DNA from: Chrysomallon squamiferum | Taxonomy: Eukaryota; Animalia; Mollusca | Length of the DNA: 64,000 bases | Assembly: GCA_012295275.1 (NCBI GenBank) | Contig: CM022666.1 | Coordinates: forward strand, 6,820,001 to 6,884,000 | Direction of reading: 5' to 3' | In this document: positions 45,061 through 63,548 of the stretch, piece after piece | How positions within the stretch are numbered: the stretch's first letter is position 1 | Layout: every line of letters begins with the position of its first letter | The notes under the pieces: model-generated | Seen by the model: the letters and a program-made list of their open reading frames with translations, nothing else | What the model was told of the DNA's origin: nothing | Databases searched by the model: none | Made by a program: the position numbers and the translations under genes

Positions 45061-46584
45061 CGGTGTTTGTCTATTTTATTCACAGTTCTTGCCATTGCTG
45101 TCTCTTCGCTTGTTGCAGACGTATACAAACACTGAAGCTGGGATCCAGTTCAGCTCAAATATCATCCAGAACATGAAAGGTACACACATGTTGACATTTA
45201 TTTTTTTTTTTTTTTTTTTTTTTATTATTATTTTTATTATTATTTTTTATTATTATTTTTTTTAGGATGCTGCGAGCAACCGAGAACACCCCCCACCACA
45301 ATCACCACCCCCAGCTCCGTAAACCGCCCTGTTTATAACTTATTTAAAAAAAAATTTTCGTTTCTTTTTATTAGAAAGATATGCGTACATATATGCTTAG
45401 ATAATAAACACACGTGATGACATTATTTAAATGTATGACATGTAATAACTGATGATAGAATAATTAATTAATGTGTTTCAATGACGTCATTAAACAAATA
45501 TTTGACATACTGTAACTGATGATCTAAAAAAAAAAAAACCCAAAGAAACCCGGTGAAAACACGCGTATATGAAATGACGTTAAAAAAAAAAAAAAAAAAA
45601 AAAAAAAGTGAAACATCTCATACAGCACGTGCAAAAAACACCAATGGTTCCCCAGCCAGCTGTTAGTGAGGAATATTACCAGAGATTTCTGTGTCACAAA
45701 AGAGTTATTATTTTAAAAGCTTTGTTGTTGTATAGCTACTGTAATCGTAATTGATGTTTTTTTATTGCTTTACTTTTGTTTTTGTTTTTTTTTTTGATAT
45801 TTAAAAAGTTTGTTGGCGTTGAGCGTGGGAAACATACAGGCTAATACGTAGAACAACGTTGATGATGTTGTTGTTTTTTACTGTTTAAAGGGTGGGTTTT
45901 TCTGTCCGTTTTTTTGTCGTTTTTTTTTTTTTTTTAATCATGACTTGATGCATACATTCTTGTTAGTAAGAACGTAGACATGATTATTAATTTATTTAAT
46001 TAATTTATTAATGATGATGATAACTGCAACAAAACAACAGTAACATCAGATGTGATAACAACAAAAGCAACGACATCGAAGTTATTTTATTTTATTTACT
46101 TATTTATTCATTTATTTATTTATTTATTGAAAATTTAATTTATTTAAACAAATTTGATTTCAAAACCAGTTTCGCATTCTTTTCTACAACATAATCCGAA
46201 AAATGTATGTATAAATAATCTATCAACCAATCACATTTCTTAACTTTTCTGTAACCCCCACCCTAAAAAAAAAAAAAAAAAAAAATAATAATAATAAAAT
46301 GGTCCCGGAAAACGTTATGAAAAGTTAGCGTGTATGTATTTGCCTTTGCCCGCGAAAAGTATTAAATTTTTTTTCATTTTTTTTTTTTTTTTACGACGCC
46401 TACGTTTAAAAGCAATGTCACTGTGACCTAGGCACTTTATGTATTTACGTTTTGATCACATTTTCTGGGACGTTTCTGGAATAGCGATCTTTCGGTGAAT
46501 GAACCCGTCATGCCTGACTAATCAAAAAAGCACTGAGGTGAACCGTATGTACAGTTCCCACTGTTGTCGATGCATTTCGTAACA

Positions 46585-46617
<33 letters not shown>

Positions 46618-47059
46618 CTGATAATGCTGATGGTGAGATGATAATAATAGTAGTAATAATAGTTGTTGTTGTTGTAATGATAGTAATAGTAGTAGTAGTA
46701 GAAGTAGTGGTAGCAGCAACAGCAGCAGTAGTAGTAACAGTAGCAGCAGTCGTAATAGCAGCAGTAGTAGTAATAATAAAAACTAGGTCATCGTTATCGA
46801 CATTACAAAACTAATGAAACAATGACACAACAACGATAACAACAACAGCAATGACATAATAAGAACAAAGAACAATAGTGACAGAAACAATACTAAATCC
46901 ATATCTCTGTTATTACGGAAATATCTTTAAAACAAATAAAAGTCGGTGTGTAGATAAATAAATAAGACAAACTCGATTACCTCGGAACAGTTTGAAAATA
47001 AAGTCACTGGAAGCTTTTCTCTGCATGATAGTAGCAGATAAATATTTGATTACAAGTAT

Positions 47060-47200
47060 GAAATAATAATAATTAAAATAATAATAATAATAAGTATAAT
47101 AATAATAATAATAATAACGACAATAACAACAATAATAATAAAGACACAATATTAACAAAAACGAAAACAATAACAACTACTACTAACAATAACAGTAACG

Positions 47201-47234
<34 letters not shown>

Positions 47235-47284
47235 CAACAATAATAATGATAATAATAATAATAATAACAACAGCAATAATAATG

Positions 47285-47318
<34 letters not shown>

Positions 47319-47445
47319 TAACAACAATAACAACAACAATAAAAAAAAATAATAATAAAACAACAACAGTAATAACAATAACAACAACAACAACAACAAT
47401 AATAATAATAAAATAGCAATAAATAATAATAACAACAACAACAAC

Positions 47446-47491
<46 letters not shown>

Positions 47492-47590
47492 TAATAATAA
47501 TAATAATTATAATAATAAAAGCAATGATAATAATAATAATAATAATAATAATAATCTAATAATAATAGCAATAATTATAATAATAATAAG
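47060..47590. repeat. (AAT/AAC)n microsatellite
   Basis: Direct reading. Confidence 0.95.
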
Positions 47591-48709
47591 AATGTTTCTA
47601 ACCTTAACCGAGTTACAGTTAAAACAAGCCTCTGCACATTCCTGCAGCGTGAAGGAAGTAATGTTGAGCGCATTCAATCAACCGAATCCGTTAACCGATA
47701 ACTAACAAAATCAGTGGTGCGTAACTAATTTATATTTGTGTCTGCGCGCGCGCGCGCGTGTGTGTGTCTGTATGTTACGTGTGTGTGTGTTTGTGAGTTT
47801 ACGTGTGTGAATGTATGCGTGTATAATGTTTGTGAATGCATGCGTGTATGTGTTTGTGAATGCATGCGTGTATATGTTTGTGAATGCATGCGTGTATGTA
47901 CGTAAGTGTGTGCACGTGTATGTGTGTAAGTGTGTATATATATATTTGTGACTTCTTACCTGCAGTTTCATCCAGCGAAGGAGTTTTCGAGTGTTTCAAA
48001 CATTACAGTTATGTGTGGTTACCAGCTACAATAGTTTTTTATCTTTCTGTTTACGTGAGTAATCAATGGAAATCGTCTGCAACCATGTGGAAAAAGCATT
48101 GACCTCAAAAGAAGACGAAAATAAAAAAATAAAAAATGGCGGCAGAATTAAGATGAAAATTTGTGCGGGAAAATGGCGAGTTGTGTGATTCGATTGCTGA
48201 TAATAAACATAACCAAAATTAACTGATAACCCGTTCCAACCAATGAGGTGACAGCTGAAACACGACTCAAAAGCAGACTTCATAATTTTTGTTTTTATTT
48301 TTATCCGATATTTGTTTTATTTGTATTGTATAAGGATATGTCACTGTTCAGTCTTCAGTTAATATCAGTAAAAGTTTTTTATGATCTAACAAAATCTATA
48401 ATTTAATTAGATTTACAAATTCTATAGTTTTATGTGTGTATATATATGCCGCGTTTTACTACTATTTCTGCATAAGTATGGAAATAAAGAAGAAACCCGC
48501 TGCCCTATATGTTACTCTCATGCTATAAGCTGTGAGGATTGTTTTAAATGCCCCGTCTTAAATGCAGAGCAGCACATACCACTGACTTTGATAAATTGTC
48601 ACGAGCACGAGTTAGAACGGGAAAATTAAATTTAAACAGGAAACAAGAGACGAATCTGAGTCTGAATCTTGATCATTGTAATTAAATCAATAACTTTGTA
48701 GTGCAACAA

Positions 48710-49265
48710 TACTACTGCTACTACTGCTACTACAGCTACTACTACTACTATTACTACTACTACTACTGCTCTTACTACTACTACTACTACTACTACTACT
48801 GCTATTACTACTACTACTACTACTGCTGCTACTACTACTACTACTGCTACTGCTGTTGCTGGTACTATTGCTGCTGCTACTGCGTCTGTAACTACTACTA
48901 CTAAAACTACTACTGCTACTGATGCTACTACTACAGTTGCTGCTGCTACTATTACTCCTTCTTGTCCTGCTTTCTGTACTACTACTATTACTACTATTAC
49001 TACTACTACGACAACTACTATTACAATACCTACTAGTAAAACCGCTAATATAACTATAACTTCAACTGCTAATATTAGAACTACTACTACTTCTACTACC
49101 ACTACTATTACTGCTATTACTACTACTAGTACTGCTACTACTATTACTATTACTATTACTAGAACTACTACTCCTACAAGAAATACAACAACTAATATTA
49201 CTGCTGCTGCTGCTGCTACTATTACTACTACTACTACTACTACTACTACCTCAAATAATAATAAT
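48710..49265. repeat. (ACT/GCT)n degenerate microsatellite
   Basis: Direct reading. Confidence 0.93.
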
Positions 49266-49374
49266 AACAAGAACAAAAAGAAGAATGGATGAATGAATAC
49301 ATGATTATATAAAATCACGTGACAGTAAATTGTAAGATTATGTGACTGTGTAGGGACGCCTTCTGAGTGAATGT

Positions 49375-49451
49375 ACACATTACAGACATACATATACACA
49401 TACACACAACATACACATACACACATACATACACACACACACACACACATA

Positions 49452-49504
<53 letters not shown>

Positions 49505-49547
49505 ATACACACATACACACATACACACACATACACATACACACACA

Positions 49548-49586
<39 letters not shown>

Positions 49587-49622
49587 ACACATACACATAC
49601 ACACACACATACACATACACAC

Positions 49623-49653
<31 letters not shown>

Positions 49654-49951
49654 TACACACACATATACATACACACACATACACACACATACACACATAC
49701 ACACACACACACACACATACACACACACATATACATACACACATACACACATACACACATACACACATACACACACACATATACACACACACACATAAAC
49801 ACACAAACACACACAACACACACACATACACAACAAATACACACACACAAACACACACACATACATACACATACACACACACATACACACACACATACAC
49901 ACACATACATACACACACACACATACACATTACAGATATAATACAAACACA

Positions 49952-49983
<32 letters not shown>

Positions 49984-50310
49984 ACACACACACACATACA
50001 CACACATATACATACACACACACACACATACACACATACATGCAAACACAAACACACACACACACACATACACACACACATACACACACATACATACATA
50101 CACATACATATACACACACATACACACATACACACACATACACATACACACACACACATACACACACACACACATACACACACACACACACATACACACA
50201 CATGTATACACACACACACACACATACACACACATACACACACACATACACATATACACACACACACACAAAACACAGATACAAACACACACACACATAC
50301 ACACACATAA
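49375..50310. repeat. (CA)n/(CATA)n compound microsatellite, about 930 bp
   Basis: Direct reading; source of the spurious 200-567 aa ORFs. Confidence 0.95.
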
Positions 50311-50425
50311 TACAAACGTTTAGACTAACAGACAAAAGAATTTGTTAATGATCTATGATAGTTATTATTAACAATAATACCGGCAATATACTATACTATT
50401 ACTATTACTACTACTACCACTATCA

Positions 50426-50462
<37 letters not shown>

Positions 50463-50984
50463 CAGAAAAGTTTTTACTCAATATTTTACTACGAATCTTT
50501 TTTTTTTTTTCTGCTAGTGAAACAAGTCACATAAGACTATATAAAATCATTTTTCGATTGTTAAACTTTACAAACAAACTGTTCTTTTCTTCTTTTTTTT
50601 CAACCTTTGCACATGCAGTCATGCTAAGACCATGACCAGAGTTCATACTACAACGTTTCTTTGTAACTGATACCAGTCTAGTGAGCGGCCCTGATCTATT
50701 TTTGGAAAAGCAAATGGCGTTTTATTATTATATTTTATTTATTTAATTTTATTTTATAAACATAATTGACCCAAAAATTTAAAAAGCAACACTTTTCCAA
50801 AATTTACAAATACCAGTAAGATTTGAAATAAACTTTTGAAGACGTATTCTTGTTTATATCAAAGTAGTTCCTTATTGAAAGTCGCCCGAGTTATTTCAGA
50901 GTTATCTCCCCGACATTATTATTATTATTATTTATATTTTACATCCGCTCATAGCTACTGTTTTATACTTTATTTTCCGTTAGC

Positions 50985-51125
50985 GAGCTAATGTTATGAA
51001 ACAAAAATAACAACAGTATTTGGCATTTGAGTATGAGCTAAGGTTATGAAACAAAAATAACAACAGTATTTGGCAACTGAGTATGAGCTAAGGTTATGAA
51101 ACAAAAATAACAACAGTATTTAGCA
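50985..51125. repeat. 50-bp tandem repeat, about 3 copies
   Basis: gagctaaggttatgaaacaaaaataacaacagtatttggca repeated three times. Confidence 0.9.
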
Positions 51126-51790
51126 GTTCATACTCAACCTGTTGTCGTGACCCGCGCTTGCTGCAATCCACGGTTTTCTGTGCCTCCTCGGGTTCCTGTA
51201 TTCCGGTAAACTGGTATCATACAGGTTTAGATGCTTTATGAACTTATTAATAAAAAGTTCGTCTGCTACAGCCAAAAAAATAAAAATAAAAATAAAAATA
51301 AAAAGATATAGATTTTATTTTTATCTCAGTAAAGTCGAAACACGATAAACAAAATTCACGGACAGGAAATGGGGTCATGAGTGCGCACGGTGAAAACACG
51401 TCGGTTTCATTCGCTTTTTTCTGTGTCGTAATGCGTGCGCATTGATCGCGAATTGGTACGACGGATATTATTTTTTTTTCATTTTTGTCGGCGACTTAAA
51501 TTTCCGTTCCGTACGGAGGTCAGCGAGTTGAAGTATAAAGCTGATATGCAGTTAATTAACACATGCTACGAATTGATATAAAAATGTAACATGTATTAAA
51601 CACACTCAATGTGTTTAATTTGAACTAATTAAAAGAGTTTGCTAAAATGAATAAACATATGTATGGTATAAGGTTGAAATAACATAGTTACATTCTGGAA
51701 ATGCAGATGAACTTATTGCTAATGGTGAACACGGAATATGATCGTAGGTCTTATTTTAGTATTTTAAAATTATATATATATATATATATT

Positions 51791-51849
<59 letters not shown>

Positions 51850-52031
51850 TACCAACTCATGATATATCTTTATCCTTAAATTACGTGTTAATTTTAAATT
51901 ATTATCCCATTTTGAACCGGTATGTCATTTGTTATGTAAACTTTCCACACGGTAAAATGTCGAGTGAAACTCATTCAGTTTTTATAAGGACAGTGTACAA
52001 ATGACTTTGTAAATAGCAGATATATATATAA

Positions 52032-52132
52032 TACCACATTAAATTAAAGCATTTCCGGCCATATATAGATATATAGATTATATAGATATATAGATATATA
52101 TATGGCCGGAAATGCTTTACGTTAAAATGGTA
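52032..52132. repeat. Palindrome / hairpin with a (TATAGA)-like loop
   Basis: taaagcatttccggccatata (52045) and tatatggccggaaatgcttta (ending 52119) are perfect inverted arms, with imperfect extension to about 52032 and 52132. Confidence 0.85.
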
Positions 52133-53798
52133 GAAATTATTTTGATACATTTCATGAAGAAAAGAGAGAGAGATACATATTATTTTTAATATCTACTTTG
52201 ATGAATACATTTTACTTTATCAGAGTACAAATGCACTGAAGTTTATTTATATTACAACTACGTATCAAATTTATGTTTGTATTTGCCTGTCTGTTATGTT
52301 TGAATAAGACCAACTCAGATGCGAATAAATCTTTTCTAATATAAAACTTCTCCATGTGCAGAATTTTAAACAGAACAAAACAATCCAAACTGCATGTTTA
52401 AATGAGATAAAAAAAAATAAAAAAAAAAAAATAAGAAAAATAAAAAATAATAATAATAATAAAATTAAAAATTAAAAAGTAATAAAATATTTCAGACAGC
52501 CATATTTGAAGACGACCATCAAAATAGACATAGTTACCAAGACGACGTATCTTTCAATTTATTTCACAGACTTCTGACGTCATACTAATTAAAATGACGT
52601 CATCCTAATTAAAAATGCACATTGGTCCTTTTCACCGATTTATTACCCAAAAGAAACTTGGCTGAGAGAATATTTCTGTTTGTGTGGACGACAGGGAGAA
52701 TGTTTTATTTATTCTGCATGTGTTTAGATGCATTACAGATGCGTAAATATGTGCCGACAGTCTAAATGACGCTAACTGAGATAAAAATCATTCACTATGC
52801 ATTTTAATCACCGACTTGTTTCTTTCCAGTAAAACATAAACACGTTTCACTCAGGGAAATAGAAATACGTTCGAGAGACCTTTTTTTTTACTTTCTTTCT
52901 TTTTCTTTTTCTTTATTTCTTTATTTATGTATTTTGTGTGTGTGTGTGTGTGAAAACATCGTGGTATAGTTTTAAAAAATATTAAAATATGAGTGTTTAA
53001 CAACACAACATAGAAACAATTTAACACAAACATATTTCATTTGTATTTTGAGTCGACAGACAGACCTATACGCGGTTAGATAAACCTGCAGACACACACA
53101 TATATATATATGTAAGTACACTTGATATATGTATGTATGTATATATATGTATATATATATGTATACATACATACACAGACAAATAGAAACGTTTTGAAAA
53201 AAAAAATTAAGAAGCATTAAGTTTTCGTATATTAAATAATATGTTTAATATGAGAAATCAAAACTACTTACCCACGAAACAGCGAGTTATCTCCCTTGAA
53301 CTTCAGCAGCACGCTACAAACGACAACTGTATGTATAATCCCAGATTAATCGTTTTATTAAGTCATCTGGTTTTACTAAAGTAGCTAATACAATACACCC
53401 CACGGTTCACCAATTCATATAATTTGGATATAACAGAAATATTTATATCTTGTAAACGTTAAACATTGCTATAAGTGTTACGAAGATACGTCTGTGTGTA
53501 TGTGTGTGTGTGTGTGTAAATACATTTATATACAAATAGATATATACATAAACATACATATGCAACATAATATACACACATATGTATTCATACATACATA
53601 CATATACACGAAGATACATACATTCATACTTACACAGTCAGAAATAAACAGTCACAAATATCACATGTATACTACACATTCGATTCACATACATATTTTT
53701 TATACACACACAGACATACATATATACATACATACATACAGATATATATATTCACACACACACACGTATTCACACCCACACACACATATATTTTGTAT

Positions 53799-53907
<109 letters not shown>

Positions 53908-53992
53908 TATATATACACACACATACATCCACACACACGCATCCAAATACAAGACCCGACTGACTCCCTTACCAAAACGAACAAAACCTCAC

Positions 53993-54420
53993 CTGGTGAA
54001 CTCGCACTAAAGTTTGTGCCACATTTTCGAGGAAATCCATGCTCGCTCGATATCTTAGTAACAAGAGTGAGGAAAAAAAAAAAAAGAAAATCTTTGACGT
54101 CAGCTCCACCGTTTAACCCCTGCTCGCGATTCGGTATTTTGTCCAATTACATTGTCTCGTGCACGTAAACCGGAACCCGGTCCGGGACAGATTTCTCAGC
54201 CGATTATTTATTGAGCGAAGTCAGTGGTTTTGAACTCTTACGTGGTGTGACCCCAGCTGACCTGATAAACCTACGTGGTCAGCTGTTTCTTGTCACTGGA
54301 TGAAGATAACGGCCGGTCGCGTGTGACGTCACAACTTTATTATTGTTACAGGGCGGCCAGGAGTCCGAGTACGAATCGGTGACTGGAGGGGAGGGGGGAG
54401 TCGGGGACTGGTGGGCTGGA
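53993..54420 (-). promoter_or_regulatory. CpG-rich promoter-like island with a candidate first exon (donor CAG|gtgagg at 53992)
   Basis: High CpG density, two TGACGTCA sites (54095, 54324), ETS-like CCGGAA (about 54170), and a G-tract cluster at 54388-54415. Confidence 0.45.
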
Positions 54421-55299
54421 AACGTGCCATTTATCCTACACTCCAAATACAAGATATTCGTTTCAGGGTTGGGTTAAGTGCTGTAACCGATCCTAGCCCT
54501 CCTGGTGGTCTCCATCATCCCCGGAGCTCATAATGGAATGATCCTGTTACCACGTGGTTTCTGGACAGGTATTTGATATGGTAATTATTGATCCGTTAGG
54601 AGAAAACAACAACAACAAAATTAGAACGAAAATGAGAATGTCACTATTAAAACAAACAGGTTTACACTATTACTGCTAACGCTATTACTACCACTACCAC
54701 CACTATTACTACTACACCACCATCACCACCACTACTACTACTGCAGCTACTACTGCTACTCCTATTACATCTACTGTTACAGCTACTACTACTACTACCG
54801 CTACTACCACCATCACCACTACTACTACTACTACAATCACCACCATCACCACTACTACTACTACTGCTACTACTACAACCACAACCACCACCACCATCAC
54901 CACTACTACTACTACTGCTACAACTCCTATTACTGCTACTACAGCTTACTACTACTACTGCTACTGCTAATTTTGTCTATTAGTTTTTACTCTTTTTGTT
55001 GAGGTTTTTTCTTTGTTGAGAAGAAGAAGAAGAAAAAAAAAATAATAAAATACAAAATAAATAATAATAATAAAAAAAAAAAAACGCCCAGGCAACACAA
55101 CTCCTCTCAAAAATAATCTTTTCCCAGATAAAATATTTGCTTAGAAATTTAAAACGAACACGAAGTGAACTGTGGTTTATTGGCATGGTGTCTTACTGCA
55201 GTAAAAGCTTGAATTAAAGCACTTGTAACACCCTTTACTGAGAAACAGAACAGTTACAGTCATTCTGTTCTTAAGTGTCGTGCACTGTAGTCAGGTCGC

Positions 55300-55885
55300 G
55301 TGTAAAACGTATTCACTTTGCATGTGGAACATTGTAATTTAGAGTGGAACATTGTAATCAATTTGTATCAGTTACACTGCAGTAAATTCGAATAATTTAT
55401 GATACAATGTAGACAATTCCTGTGTAGTACATTGTAGTCAAAATGTATGTGGAATAGTGGAGTCAATCTGTTGTACATTTTGTATTCGTTTGTGGGACAC
55501 TGAAGTCGAATCGTATGTGCGACATTGTAGTCACTTCGTATGTGTGGCACTGGGTTATTTCATTTGTGTGAGTACATCTTAGTGAGTATATAGTACATTG
55601 TAATTAGTTCGTATGTGACGTATTTCATTCAGGTATGTCAGACACAGTTCGTATGTGCGACATTGAAGTCAAATCGTATGTGGGACATTGTAGTCAGTTC
55701 GTATGTGTGGCACTGGGTTATTTCATTTGTGTGAGTACATCTTAGTGAGTATATAGTACATTGTAATTCGTTCGTATGGGACGAATTTCATTCAAATATA
55801 TGAGAGACTGTAGTCAGTTCGTATGTGGCTGACTGTAGTCTGTAGGTAAGTGCTACATTGAAATATTTTCGTATGAGGAACATTT
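55300..55885. repeat. Degenerate ~25-bp minisatellite (GTTCGTATGTGGGACATTGTAGTCA) with a ~163-bp higher-order duplication
   Basis: The block at 55502-55630 recurs almost exactly at 55665-55793; short units are visible throughout. Confidence 0.8.
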
Positions 55886-56434
55886 TGTTTCATTGCTGCG
55901 TATCTGGATTCAAATTATCATTTTTTTTTTTTTTTTTTTTTTTTTTTATTTTTTTTTTTTTTTGAGAGAGTTTATTGTTTCATTTTCAGTGGAATATGCT
56001 TTTATTTCAGTGTTCATCTTTAAATATATATATTTTTTTTTTCAAGAGTGCCTTTAAAACTCCTTAAAATGAGAATATAGTGTCTTTAAAATGCTTCACG
56101 TTCGTGATACTGTGATTTTAAAATGATTTCGGTTTGAGACGTGTCTAGATGGGGTGTTTACCTGTCAGGTTTAGTCAGACAGATACGAACAAACACTACC
56201 TCTGTGTCGACCGCTGATTCATCAGTCACGTTGTTATCTTTGTAAGGTGAACCACTTCACAGCACAGTTAAACAATGCTGACACACTGAAATGCCAGACT
56301 TTAACTGCGGTTTTACGTAACGTTATTGAAATACGTTTCTTTTTTTTTTAGGTTAATCGTAATAATTACGTTCCTCGTAATTTCAAACCGATGGCTAATT
56401 ACGTAACTGTTAATTTTGTCTTAAATAACAGTAA

Positions 56435-56658
56435 TGGTGTATCCTAACCGGCCGTATACTATGCAAGCGTTTCTATTTTTTTTTTTTTTTTTTTTTTAAA
56501 CGATTGATTCAAGTTGGAGTGACCTAACTGCACTCGTAGGCTAAAATTGTCGCGCCGTACAGGTGCAGTTAGGATGCTCACACTGAAATCAATCGTTTCT
56601 AAAAAGAAAACAAACAAAAAATACACTCGCATAGTATGCGGCCGGTTAGAATACAGCG
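56435..56658. mobile_element. Fold-back MITE (224 bp) with TAA target-site duplication, PIF/Harbinger-like
   Basis: tgtatcctaaccggccgtatactatgcaagcgt pairs with acactcgcatagtatgcggccggttagaataca. Inner arms: aaacgattgatt/aatcaatcgttt and cctaactgcac/gtgcagttagg. TAA lies at 56432-56434 and 56659-56661. Confidence 0.75.
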
Positions 56659-58739
56659 TAACAGTGAACTCTGTTTGACTATTAAATACTGGTCTCGTTT
56701 ATTCGTTTTCATATTTAGTTTAAAACCGAGTACATGACGTCTGTACTGGCAAAATTACGTAACCGATAATAATTTCGTGTCTCAAATAACAGTAACAGCG
56801 AACTACATTACAACAGAATTAGACTCGACAACTAGATTTTGTAGTTTTTATAATGTAATGTTTTTAAATACTTTTTTAAATTCATGATATTTAGTTTAAA
56901 ATCGAGTAATTTGGTAAATTACGTAAATAATCATTTTGTTTCAATAAATAATAATGAATGAACGATATTCCAACAAAATTACATTTGACAGCTTGACAAG
57001 AGTCTCAGTTTAATATATATATATATATATATATATATTGTTCAATGCTCAAAAATGCTATTTTTATGTTAAATTTCAATTTACAAAAAAACCCTCAAAA
57101 CCCCCACCCCCTCAAAAAAACCCAACAACAACCAAAAACTCCCCAAAAAACAAGTACATTATAATGAACTAAATTAAAACAAATTAAACTTGAAAATAAC
57201 ATTAGCTTTGTCTTGTAAAAGTTTTCAATTCCCAACAAAGACTTTAAACCAAGTGTATCAATTGTTTAATACATTTTGTACTTATCTAACAACGTTTTGT
57301 ATCACTTCTACCATACCAGAAATTTCAGAGATTTCATATAATCTGATCTATTTATTATGTAACAGATATATATATATATATATACACATACACATATATA
57401 CTCTTTAAAGCTTAGTATGTTAAGAGAATGAGTAATAATCAGTTATCAAAAGCTAAAATTTACCGATAAATTTGTTTATCATATATCAGTTAGTTTGTAA
57501 CAAGCGCACTACTTTTTAGCAAAGTTGAAAAGGTGATTGTTGATTTGTTTTGTATCTTTAATATAACGAATTTAAATAAGTTTATTATTATTATTATTAT
57601 TATTATTTGTTTTTTTTTTAAATATTTATTTATTGTAATGTTTCTTTACTATTTGACATTTGGTGCAAAAAGATGAATTATATAATTCACTGTTAAGTTT
57701 GACATTATTTTCTTTTGTCACAGTTTTTCTATTTATTATATGTGACATGTTACAGCAAAATGAGTCTGATGTCATCAGTGTAGATTTGTCAATAAAAATT
57801 GTTAGTAAGACAGAAACAGGCTAACATTTTTAAACTGTTTTGACCTTGTTGTTATTTATATAAATTACCTGTATGAGACAGGTCAAATACATTTGTGTGT
57901 TTGTATGTTTTGAGTTATTTTCATGTTCGAAAATTCTTCACAAGATTCACAAATTTAAAGAAATTTGACTACTATCACTACTACTAATAAAATCAGTATA
58001 TAAAAAATAATAACAATAGAAATAATAACAAACTAATAATAATAATAATGATAAAATCAGTGAATGAATAAATAATATTAACAAATAACACATAATAACA
58101 AACTAAAAAAAAAAAAAAAAATAATAATAATAAGAAGAAGAAGAAGAAGAAGATAGAAATTTAAAAAATCTAAATTAAAATCAAAATAATAATAAAAAAT
58201 ACCCACTCCAAACTTTTTCACCAAACATAAAACAAAAACATATAAACACTAATATTTTTTATTGACATAAATAGAGGAATAAGCTTACTGTCTAACAATC
58301 AAATGTTTTTTAGAAGTTCACTCCTTCTTTATTAATTATTTTTTAAACACAAAATACAAATGTACGAACATCCAATAGTCCATTACAATAGATAACATTA
58401 ATAAAATATTGTCACAATAAATTTCCAAATTTTGTTCCAGATTTTTTTTTTTTATTTCAGTCTTGACAAACTGACACAAATGTGTGAAAGCATTTATCTG
58501 AAAAAAAAGAAAAAAAAAGTAATAAATTTAAAAATAAATTAATTATAAATTATAGTTTTTATTTTTTTTTTCACTAATATTATTATTAATAAGCACATAT
58601 TATTTTTAGAATGGACTGTTATAAATAATTGTCATGTGATAAAAAATATATATTTATGATCAAGCTCAGAAAATTATAAATTAAAAAAAGAAAACTGTCA
58701 CTTTGTTATTTATTTTCCAGTTAAGAAAAAGAACAAAGA

Positions 58740-58903
<164 letters not shown>

Positions 58904-59050
58904 CTGAAATAATTTAAACATATTTGACTAACCCAAATTATTATTTTTTTATTAATAAATGATCACTGTTATAATTACTATACTACTACTATCATCATGT
59001 TGTTATTATTATTAAAACACACCCATGTCACTGAGGTGAGTTCTCACTAT

Positions 59051-62566
<3,516 letters not shown>

Positions 62567-63505
62567 CTGAATAATTAATAAACATATGTAATATGTAATT
62601 ATGTAATTATAATAATTTGTTTTTTTGATATATATATGTACATACATGCATGAATACATAATACATACATACATACATACATACACACATACATACACAC
62701 ACACATATATACATATACACACACATACATACATATCCATACACATATATATATATATAGTTATATAAAAGTTATTTAAAATTCAGATATGAAATATTTA
62801 TTGTTAATCAGAAGAATTTTATAATTTATTAGAACTATACGTATAAATTTGTAAAAAGAAAAAGTATCAGTCTTTGTAGTTCATTTCCATTGATCTTCTG
62901 AAAGAAAAGTTCCTGAAAGACTGAGGAGCTGTGAAATTCAAACCAGTTACCATTTCCAAAGGATATTCTTTCATTCTATCTTGTACTTTTAATTATCTCT
63001 CATTTTTTTTTATCTCTTCTTTTCTTTCTCTCCCTTAGGTTTTTATTTTATCTCCCTTCATTTTACTTACCTTTTATTTGATTTTTTTTAAAAGATTTTA
63101 ATAGTCTGTCTGTCTGTCTGTCTGTCTGTGTCTCTCTCTCTCTCTCTCATTAACTTATAATTTTGAATAAAATTCATAATTAAAAAAGAAAAACAGTTTA
63201 AAAGTTTACAGTTTTTATCTTATCTGAATTATTATACTGAGTTATCTCATGGAATTAACTTAAATTTATCAATGAAATAACCTTTATTTTACCTACTCTT
63301 CTTATTTAAAAAAACAAAACAAATATATATAAAAAAATAAAAAATAAATTAAATGCAATAAAATATTTTATTACCAGGCTTTATTTTTCAATCTCCATTA
63401 AATAACAGTTATACTGTTAATTTATTGATTTTAAATTATTTTAATTTAATTTATTTTTTTATCAACTTAAATTAAACAGTCTTTTATTATTATTTCATTA
63501 AATCA

Positions 63506-63548
<43 letters not shown>

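Noticed and set aside
48632-50348. Long ORFs of 124-567 aa (VC-rich, HT-rich, V-rich)
   Set aside because: Translations of (CA)n/(CATA)n and (ACT)n microsatellites; no coding complexity.
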